Shown here: in pieces, positions 26,301 to 37,808 of the stretch | Layout: each line of letters starts with the position of its first letter | How positions within the stretch are numbered: the stretch's first letter is position 1 | Assembly (NCBI GenBank): GCA_951406725.2 | Contig: OX597816.1 | Coordinates: forward strand, 82,584,001 to 82,648,000 | Length of the DNA stretch: 64,000 nucleotides | Origin: Octopus vulgaris | Lineage: Eukaryota | Direction: 5' to 3' | The notes under the pieces: generated by a model | Told to the model about the DNA's origin: nothing | What the model saw: the letters and a program-made list of their open reading frames with translations, nothing else | Databases searched by the model: none | Translations under genes and position numbers: made by a program

Positions 26301-29300
26301 TATTTTTTATTCACTTTTACAACACTAATAGAATTTCTTGATTACTTATTCAGATGTGGTGAGAGCTTGTAGGAAAAAGAAGGAACACAGAAGACACACC
26401 AAGGTGTGAAAAGCTTTGATCAACAATTAACACATGGGAGGTAACTTAACATAACAGTATATGAAGTTTTTTTTCTTTTATTTATACACAAGAACAAAGA
26501 AATGAATATTACTGTTACTTGAAAGGCAGAGATGACCTTGATAAATTAGTGTTAGAGGAAATACCCACAAAAAGTAGTGTTAATGCATTGACAATTATGA
26601 TAATGTGAATTTGACAAGACTGAGAAACTACTAACAGAGATATTAAATTCCACATATCTCATTTAATTACAGAGATACCGGTACACTGAATCAGGAGCAA
26701 AAGACTTCATATAGTGTATAATGAATAAATCGGATTGGTAAAATCCACTCCTCTCTCAGATATTGAACTGAAAGCTAATGAAACCATTTTACACTCCTTC
26801 TATTATTAATTATAATAAAAGTTGTTCTTATTATAGAGCAGTAGCTTTCATACTGACAAATACTAGCTCTGACCCCTAGTATTACTGGAATTTGCCCCCC
26901 ACCTTTATTAATGAGAAGACAAAATACAGTTTGCATTTATATAATTTTTCTTCCTTTGTATGGTACTGGACCAGTTTAAAAACCATCTAAATATTAAATA
27001 ATTGTCCATCCTTTTTTCAATCCTCACAGCCCTGTCAACCACCAAATAAAACGCTGCTCCAGAATACATTAAATTATACTGCACCATCTCAGTGTCACAT
27101 GCCTTGACCACCAATATAAAGCAATGCATTCTAGAGCCATTTATTAGTATACAAATGAACAAATACATAAATATATAAACAGGCATGAGTGTATGGTAAG
27201 GAGCTTGCTTCCCAGCCACATGGTTTCAGGTTCAGTCCCATTGTGTGTGCTATTATAGCCTCAGGCTAACCAAAGCCTTGTGAGTGGATTTAGTAGATGA
27301 AAACTGAAAGAAGCCCATTGTGTGTATGTGTGTGTGTATGCATGTTACTGTCTCCTTGCCTTGACTGCATATGGTAGTTGTAAATGAATGCCACTGATGT
27401 GTAAGCAGTCTCCTTCGTTCCCCATCTTCCATGAAATACATCTAGTCATGGGGAATATTACCTTACTTGAAAACCGGTTAGGGTTGGTAACAGGGATAGC
27501 TTACAGGAATCCATCTAGAATCACTAGCAGAACTAGAGAAGAAGTTTCAGGTGTGGAAGCAAGGTCTAGAATCAAAGGGCCTTAGAGTTAACCTAACAAA
27601 ACCAAAGTCTTAGTAAGTAGGAAAGCAGATAAATCACAATTCAGGTAGATGACCCTGCTTGATTTGTAGAAAAGGTATAGGTAGAAACTGCATAAGATGT
27701 ACCCAGTGTGTAAGCTATGGACACATAAGAGGTGCAGCAATATTAGAGGAAGGTTAACAAGGAAAATAGTCTTTGTGTGTGGAAGGTGCAATGGTACAAT
27801 TAACACTAAAAACATTAAGAAAATAAACTCCATCATGTGCCAGTGGGGAAAACTAAAAGTAGTCGGTAGCTTTTGTTACCTAGGTGACCAAGATAATAGT
27901 GGGGGTGGATGCTCTGAGAGTATAGCTGCTAGAATACGAATAGCCTGGGCAAAGTTCCGAGAGCTCCTACCTCTTCTGGCAACAAAGGGTTTCTCGTGCA
28001 GAGTGAAAGGTAGACTGTATGATACCTGTGTGCAAACAGCCATGCTATATGGCTGCAAAACATGGGCTATGACTGCCGAGGACATGAGTAGGCTTGTAAG
28101 AAACAAAGCTAGTATGCTTCGGTGGATGTGCAATGTCAGTGTGCATGCACAACAGAGTGTAAACACCTGGAGAGAAAAGTGGGGCATAAGAGGCATTAGA
28201 TGTGGTGTGCAAGAGATGACTGCGCTGATATGGTCATGTGATGTGTATGGACGAGGACAGCTGTGTGAAGAAGTGTCGCATTCTAATGGTGGAGGGAACC
28301 TGTGGAAGAGATAGACACAGGAAGACACAGGGAGAGGTGGTGAAGCGCAATCTCTGAATGTTAGACCTCACAGAGGCAATGACAAGCAACCAAGACCTTT
28401 GGTGATATGCTTTGCCGGAGATGACCCGTCAAGCCAAGTGAGATCATAGTTGTGGCTGATGCCAGTGTCGTGTAAGTGGCCCATAAAAGCACCCTTCAAA
28501 TGTTGGGTGACATGTTGTGCTTGTGAAGACCTGGCTAATGCCAGTGCTGTCTAACTGGCAACTGTGCTGGTGACACATAAAAAAGCACAATTTGAGCGTT
28601 GGGCCTCACTCATGGAGGCAGTGACAGGTGACCAAGACCTTCGGCAATATACTGTGCTGTGTAGACTGGTCAAAGCCAAGTGAGATTGTAGTCATGGCTG
28701 GTGTCAGTGTCATGCTTTGAATTCTATTTTTCTGTTTGCTTCACCAAACCTCTCACTCCCTCTCTCTACACACACATACCAATCTGAAACCTTTGGTTCC
28801 AAAGTCATTCCAGGTTACTGATTCTTCCATAACAGGCATAGTTACACTCCAAATTAAATAGATATTAAATTTACTTAAATTAAATACAGGTACCTGTACA
28901 TTAGTATAAATGATACTAGTTTATTAATACTATATTGTGAAAAAGTACTAATCTGTACAAGATGGCAATAAACTAGTCTGGCAGCTTCCAGAATTAGGTG
29001 TTCTTACTTGTAAATCAGTGCTGATTATAAGAGGTTCCAGACCATCAGTGTCCAGAAAGTTGGTGTTGTACCAACAGACACACACACACAATCATTTACA
29101 GTAGATTTGAAATAATATACTCACCTGTTGTAATATAGATTTAATTTCTTCATCTGTTTTAGGGCCTGACAACTGTCCCAGAAGCAAATCAGCAGGAATT
29201 CGTTGAGCCACAAAATTTGACAACTTACTTCCATCATGACCATCAAAAACTCCATATAATGAACAGCCATCGTCTGAGCTGAAATAATTAAAAATAATCA

Positions 29301-32300
29301 TATATACAAAAATATTTCAACCTTTTCAGTTTCTAAACTATTAATTTCATTTCTGTATTTATAAAAATACATTTTTAAGTCTGTTAAAAGTCTTGGCGAT
29401 GGTGATGTGTTTGTGACAGATGTAAATTCTCAATGCTTCAATCCCCCTCACTCTAAATAGTTATTAGTGGCAGACTGTAAATATCAACAGTTTTTCTGGC
29501 TAGTAGTGCAAAGTTCAACTCCCGCCATAGTTTAGGCCAGGAGATGGGGCCTGAAAAGCCTAGCAAATGACTCAATCACTTGAAGAAAAATAGGGTCTCC
29601 ATGATATTCTCTATGAAGTCATTCCTGTATGAATTATTAGAATCATAGCAAAGTAAGAAAAGCATTTAAACAATTAATTACAACAAATAATATTTAAAAA
29701 ATTTCCAGTTCTGACTTCAAGAAAAGCTAAAAAATGCATATGAATTACTGTTGAGATGCTTGTCAGGCAGAGTAGAGATGACAGCAGAATAAATCAGATA
29801 GTAAATGAAGTAATCATATGCAATGAAAGAGAGAAGTAGCATCAACTGCAACAAGAGCAAAGAGGATGCATTAAAGAGGGTAAACTACAGCAGTACTGTT
29901 AGACCCAGTTACACAAAGAGTTATTGTTCCACTGATTGTTGTTGGTAGTCCATTGGTGTTTGACAACAAAGTCTGTGTTCTTAGCGATGAGAGCACATGT
30001 GAGTCTGCAGTCCAAAGCTAGAAGCACACAGATGTCCACAGGTGTCACAGTGATTGTCTTTTGTCTGGATTGAGATGGATACTGCCCTGTGACATCTGTT
30101 TCTTGCAGCAGTGAGATGCTGTTGCTGGTCCTTTTTGCCTGTAAGATGAGAAACCTCCATGCTGATCTGTCTGTGGCAGAAGCTTCAAGTTTGCATGGAC
30201 TAATGCCATGCTGAATTAACCTAGATGAAATGAGGTTCAGCTTCGTATAAGGAAGAAGTATTATTAATGCTTAGGGGTGAAACAAATGGCTTTTGAGGAC
30301 TGAGCAAGCCATGTAGAGAGGAACAGTGAGCAAGGAGTTAGCAATGAGGTAAGTGGCATAGTCAATGCTCAGGTAGATGGTGGTCAGAGCTCAATTTTAC
30401 AACCCTTCCCGTTCATTATAGTTTTTCAAGCTATAAAAATGAAGATTGGCTCTCTATAGAAATTCCCACGAGCTTATTTAGTTGTTATAACTGAATAGTA
30501 ATAGATTTCAAAGTAAATGTACCAAAGACTAAAGTATTACTAAGTAAGAGTGAAGACATGATCAAAATATTATCCCCTTAGCTTAATTTTAAACTATCAA
30601 ACTGCATTGGAAATAGTTGATAGATTTTATTACTTAGGTGACTTAATTAGCAATGATGTTGGTATTCTAAAGGTATAGTATGTATAGGTTGGAAAATAAA
30701 CCCTTGCTGCCTTCAGGAATAATTTCTTGATAATTTAATTATAAGCTAAGGGAGTAAATCCCCACAGAAAATCCTAAGGAGATATGCATGGTTTTACTTA
30801 ACCAATATCTGGCAACTCCTTCAGCTCCAGGGATATTGTCTTTCCTTTGTAGTGGAGAGGTGGAAAGTGTACTTGGAGCTAGGCGCTTGCTTCAGGAAAC
30901 AGACCAGACAGAGCAGAAGTGGTTAAGTCATTGTCTCTGTAATGCCATTGACCAGTGGTCACACACATGTATACACATAGATGAACGTACATACATGTAT
31001 CTATTGTATTTCGTCTGTCTTTACATTCTGAGTTCAAATTCCGCCAAGGTTGACTTTGCCTTTCATCCTTTCGGGGTCAATAAATTAAGTACCAGTTGTG
31101 TACTGGGGTCAATCTAATCGACTGGCCCCCTCCCCCAGGGTTTCGGGCCTTGCGCCTAGATTAGAAACGATATATGAATATATTGGGTCAACCCATAAAT
31201 AATGCAGTTTTTTCAATTGCACGAACTAAAAGTTGGAGGGGGTATGGGATAAACTACCTGCATCAACTTTCTATAAAAGCAGTTAGTAATTTTACCTTGT
31301 ACTTATTCTTAGTGCAAGTTGTGAAGAGTGCAGTTCGATTTTAACAGTTATTATTTCAAAGATATAATGGAAGTGACAAAGGAGCATATTCGGCATATTT
31401 TGCTTTACAAGTTCAATGAGTGGCTGTGTGGTAAGTAACTTGCTTATGAACCACGTGGTTCCGGGTTCAGTCCCACTGCGTGGCACCTTGGGCAAGTGTC
31501 TTCTACTATAGTCTCAAAACTGATGCCCTGAAAGTATTCTGGTTAAGTTTATCACACATTCTGTCATGTCACCTAATACTCATTGTAGTTGGTGTTAGGA
31601 AGGCCATGTCAAAGGTAACACTGAAGTTCAGTGCATTCATGTTGCTTGTCACTCTGCTAGACTGTCCAACTCATGCCAGCATGAAAACAAACATTAAACG
31701 AGGACGATAATAATATCATCATCATCATTTAACGTCTGCCCTCCGTGCTAGCATGGGTGAGTGGGTAGGTAGGTAGAAAGATATCGTCATCATCATCATT
31801 TAATGTCCACCTTCCCTGCTGGCATGGGTTGGATGCACCAGACTTGTGTATGTTTTGGCAGTTTTTATGGCTGGATGCCCTTCCTAACATCAACCACTCC
31901 ACACAGTGGACTGAGTGCTTTTTATGTGGTACCAACACAAATGAGGCCAATTTTGGCATGGTTTTTACAGCTGGATGCTCTCCCAAATGCTAACCACTTT
32001 ACTGTGTGGACTGGATGTGGCATCAGCACTGGCAAGGTCACCAAGTAACTTGCAAGACAAAGAACCTTTGAGAGGAGAGGGGGCACTGGAGGATTTTGGA
32101 GTTCCAAACTTTTAAGGAATGTAGAACGACCTCTTAGCTACTATTGTCAAGGATAACTAAAAGTCCTCATCACTCCAACGGACACACACACACACAATAT
32201 ATATGTAGTCAAGAGATGAGATCCAGAGATTCTCAGTATAGAAGATACTTAATAGAGCTCAAATAATTCAAACTTAGACTCTGAGGTCTTTATAGGGGAT

Positions 32301-32581
32301 CAATTCTGCAGGATAAAGAATGGCTGTAAGAGGGATCAAGTTGAGCAGATAATTGCCCCCCCCCTCTCCCTATACACACACACTGAGAAAAACAAGGCAG
32401 TCAGAATTTTGGATAATTCTTTATTAGCACTTTTTGTTCGTTTAACCAAATTCTTCAAGAAAAATGAACCAAAATAATAAAAACGTTTCATTTTGTTTTG
32501 TTTAGAAGAGCGGATGTTCATTTTGTTTTGTTTAGAAGAGGAGGAAATTTTGTTTTTTGGAGAAAGGGAGAAAGAGAAAGA

Positions 32582-32613
<32 letters not shown>

Positions 32614-35600
32614 ACCTGGAATCTAAGGTCCTTAAAGTTAACTTAGCAAAGACTAAGGTCTTAGTAAGTAAAAAACCAGATAGGACCCTACCCACTTCAT
32701 GTAGGTGGCTCTGTTCAATTTGTAGGAAAGGTGTAGACAGGAACTCCATATAGTGTACCCAGTATAAGCTATTCTTTACTACTCTAGGCACAAGGCCTGG
32801 AATTTTCAGGGAGCAGTTGATTAGATCGACCCCAGTATGCAACTAGTACTTGATTTATCAACCCTGAAAGGATGAAAGGCAAAGTCAACCTTGGCGGAAT
32901 TTGAACTTAGAGTGTAAAGACAGACGAAATACTGCTAAGCGTTTTGCCCAGCGTGCTAACGTTTCTGCCTTGACACATAAGAGATGTAGTGGATTAATAG
33001 GAAGGTTATTAGAGAAGAAAGTGTTCATATGTGGGAGATGCACAGGATCCATAAAAGCTGTACAGACATGGGAAATTGATTCTCTCAAATGCCTTGGTGG
33101 CTTATTAGAGGTAGTAGATAATTTCTTTTATGTAGGGGAGGATTACAGAGGGTGTGATAGCTAGAATGAGAATAGGATGGAGGAAATTCAGAGAGCTATT
33201 ACTGCTGTTGGCTATGAAAGGAAGATTGTATGATGCATGTATACGGACAGCAATTCTACACGATAGTGAGAAATGGGCCCTGAATGCAGAGGAGAGGTAA
33301 AGGTTAGAGAGGAATGAGGCTAGTATGCTCCACTGGATGTGTAATGTAAGTGTACATGTTTGACAGAGTGCTAGTGTATTGAGAGAGAAGTTGGGCATAA
33401 GAGGTATTGGATGCTGTATGCAAGACTGCACTGGTTTGGTCATGTGATGCAGATGGATGCCAACAACTCTATAAAGAAGTGCTGATCTCTCTAAGTAAAT
33501 GGAACACGTAGAAGTGGGAGATCTAAGAAGACACGGGACGAAGTACTGAAGAACGACCTCAGCACACTCAGCCTTTCAGGGAGAGATGACTAAGGATCAA
33601 GATGCCTGACACCTGGTAGTACTCAAAGACTCATGCTCTACAGCAGATGTGTTAAGGCCAGCACCCCTGGTGGAGAGGATAGGCCTGCAAGAGTCCTGTG
33701 CTGGTGCCATGTGTGGTACCACATAAAAGCACCCAGCACACTCAGTAAAGCGGTTGGCATTAGGAAAAGCATCCAGTCATAGAAACCATGCTAGCTCTGG
33801 TCAAACCACCCGACCTATGCCAGTATGGACAATGGACTTTAAATGATGATTATACACACACAGAGGCATATACATACACAATCCATGACAACATGGAAAG
33901 TGGATGTAAAATATGTCCAAGGAAAATGCAAACTTCTCTAATAATGGTGAGGTCTTCAATCCAAAATTGTAAGAGGGATTCAGTAAGTACAGTGAAGTTT
34001 ATGCTTTACTGATGGGGTTAAACATATTCAGTTATGTCTTGTACTTGCCAGAATAATTAAAACAATATTAAACACTGACAAACATTATTTGTTTCTTACC
34101 ATATAATTATTTCTATGGAGAACGGACGTTAAACGACGATGACGATGGCTATTTTAATGCTCACTGCATTAAACTGGTTTGGTCATGTGATGCAGATGGA
34201 TGCCAACAACTCTATAAAGAAGTGCTGATCTCTCTAAGTAAATGGAACACGTAGAAGTGGGAGATCTAAGAAGACACGGTACTAGAAATGAGGAGAGAAC
34301 AAGGCCGCTCGAGTTCTGTGATGCAAATGACTTTAATCTGCAACACTAACTTCAGAAAACTAGACAGCCATTTGATCACCTATCAAGAGCAGAAGTAGAA
34401 AGGAAAAGGGTTGCCAATCTCTTACAATGTGAGGGTCAGAGATGTGAAGTGTTCCAGATTGCAAGAGAGTGTATAAGAAAGAATTAAGATATTGTTAGAG
34501 AGAAGTGTGTATGGATGAATAATGGCATGCTTGCCTTTATTCATCCATACACACTTAGTGATACTGAAAAAGAAGAGGTATGAAAGTGTTATATGTGGGT
34601 ACAATGGTGATATAGTCAAGCACTGTAAAACTGTATTTGATTAACTTCCATTTCTATGGGTATATGGAAAGGGAAAGGCCCAATGAAATTGTTTTGTCCT
34701 AGACACACCTCAGAAAATATCTTCAGTAATTGAAGTTACTATTGCCATCTTTCTTATACACTCTCTTGCAATCTGGAACACTTCACATCTCTGACCCTCA
34801 CATTGTAAGAGATTGGCAACCCTTTTCCTTTCTACTTCTGCTCTTGCTAGATAAACCTGTTACATAGCTTCACTTTTAGTTACCTAATAGGGTTCTTTAC
34901 TATCTCCATTTTTCCACTCTTTCCTTTTATGACCCTGTCTACCTCACTGTTCCACCACTATGTCATTCTTAGTAGGTTATCCAGTAAGAATGTCCACTTG
35001 TCCTCTGCTCTGTTATATATCTCTGTCTCCTCTTCCTTTTTGTCAAGTGCTTTAATTAGAACATCTCTTTATCTCCTTAAGTTCTCATATCCTCCTTTTC
35101 CAGATTGGTTTAAATCTCTAGGTTTTCCTGGTTCTAAAGTCACTAACTACTAACTAATGTTGAGTTGTTAGGGAAGGACTTTGCATTCAGAAGCCTTTGT
35201 CTATCACTGTTTCTGGTGAGAATATAGTCTATACAGCTTGTGTGTCTACCAGATTGATAGGTGATCAAATGGCTGTCTAGTTTTCTGAAGTTAGTGTTGA
35301 AGATTAAAGTCATTTGCATCACAGAACTCAAGCAGCCTTGTTCTCTCCTCATTTCTAGTACCAAGACTCCAAAATGCCATGAAATTTTGATTGAAGTGCT
35401 GCCTATCATGTCTAGTGAAGTCACCAGCCATGATAATAAGATCAATGTCTTTCATCATTGAGATAATCTGGCAAAGGGATTCATAGAAACAGTCCTTCTG
35501 TTCATATGTCAATACAGTATGTGGAGCAGATGTCATTGTTACATTACACAAGGCTAGTCTTAGCTTAATAATCCTGTTACACATGCTGACAATCTCAATT

Positions 35601-37768
35601 ACCTTACCCATTTCTCTGCCGCAACCAGACCTATACCACTCACCAAGAAGAATTTGTATCTACTCCTTGCCCATCAGCAATCTAGCTGAGGCTCCCCTCC
35701 ACTGTACCTCTTGCATACAGCACACATCTACATGTCTCTGCTCTAGTATTTCAACAGTCTCACTAGACCTACCTTTCATTGTACCAACATTGATTGAGGT
35801 GGCTCGAAAGTTTATGGACTTGGGACGAGTGAAAAAGTTTGGCTTCTTTTTGGACAGACCTCATACGTACACACACACATATCATCATCATCGTTTAACG
35901 ATGATGATGATGATGATATGTGTGTGTGTACATATGAGGTCTGTCATTCAGTAAAAGCAGTGATATGGACCTGATATTAGGTCTGGGTTTCTCACTGGGT
36001 TATCTTCATTCTGTTTATTTCTCACCACAAATTTAATGTGATATAACCTGTTTATTTTATAGCACTATGTTTCTGAACTTCCATTAATTCTAATTTCTGC
36101 AATTCTTTTACTTGGTTTGTTAGGTACTAGTGATACATGTTAATTTTGGGGGGTGTTATTTTAAAGGAATAACAGGAATAACAACAGAAAATTTACTGAA
36201 AGAACTCAATACTAATATAGAGTTAAATTTATTATAAAATAGTTTTGATAGTGATTTCAAGTTTCAACATATTTTCTTTCATTTGAAATATGCCCTCAAA
36301 CACTACACAGTTGTTATAAATCATTAAAAAAACCACAACAAAAAATCTGATTTTCTGACAAGTTGATAGGAAAGTGAATTGTAATAAGTATAGTTTAGAT
36401 TAATAAAAAAGTATGCAAGCAATGCTGGATACTTGTTTAGTAAATATTTAATATATTTCAGATAGAAAAATTTCTTTTCTCAGCATAAGAAGCATATTTT
36501 ATATTGTACGAGATACCAGCTTTTTTTGTAGAGATGTTCTAATTGGATCTCATACTTTGCCCAGGTGAATCATACAATACCTGTACATAAAGTTTGAATA
36601 AATGACCAATTGGATATTTTCACAACTTAATCTCAAAGTAATTTCGTTTGAAAATTATTATTGAGCAGTCAGAGATTTTTTGCTTAAAATACAATGTTGT
36701 TTGTGTGTGTCTTTATGTGTGCTCCCTAATCATGGAACAACTATACATTCTTAGCAAACTGTGTTCATGCTCTGAATTTACTTCCCATCTGGGTCATTTC
36801 ATTTATGTTTCTAATATGCTTGTAAAACACATGAAACAATCTCATTCCGTTTTTCTATGATACACCATCGACTACATCACTGACATGATACCTATTTCTT
36901 CATTACCCACAAGGGGCTAAACATAGAGGGGACAAACAAAGACAGACATAGGTATTAAGTCGATTACATCGTCCCCAGTGCGTAACTTGTACTTAATTTG
37001 TCGACCCCGAAAGGATGAAAGGCAAAGTCGACCTCGGCGGAATTTGAACTAACAACGTGACAACAGACGAAATACAGCTACGCATTTCGCCCGGCGTGCT
37101 AACGTTTCTGCCAGCACGCCGCCATATCACTGACATAATACCATTTTCTCCATACCAGCATGTGTTAGCATAGATAAATGATAGTGTGAATATGGGATTT
37201 TGTTTATTTTTACATGTCAGCAGGAGCTAGATGAATATATAATTGAGGCATTGTTTTAAAGACAGACGCTCTTGCTGTTGCTAACTTTTACTTATCGTTT
37301 TTTTTTTTTTTGCAAGTAAGGGATTTCATTCCAAAACACCTTCAAAGACACAAAGTTAGCCATTATTTGTTGACAGGAAAATAACTTCATTATTTGTAGT
37401 TCAATGATTTTCAGAGATGCATAACTGTAATCAAACATATACAAGCACTCATCATCATTTTATGTCTGTATTCCCAGCAGACATGGGTTGGACAGTTTGA
37501 TTGCAGCCAATGAGCCAGAAGACTGTGCCAAACTCCAATGTCTACTCTGGTACGGTTTCTATGACTGGATGCCCTCCCTAATGCGAACCAGTTCACCAAG
37601 TGTACTGGGTGCTTTTTGTGTGGCACTAGCACTAGTAACTTGCAAGACAAAACTCAGCTGAGGAGGGATGCTGCATTGAGGGAAGTGGCTTTATGCTAGG
37701 TGATGGAAGGTTACAGTATGACAGAAATAACTGTCTTGCAGTAGAAGAGTGGTAACTCCACTTGAAAA

Positions 37769-37808
<40 letters not shown>

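Noticed and set aside
32617-35796. Twin-priming inversion of a single RTE
   Set aside because: The inverted endonuclease segment lies beyond the 3' tail rather than upstream of it, so two separate elements are more likely.
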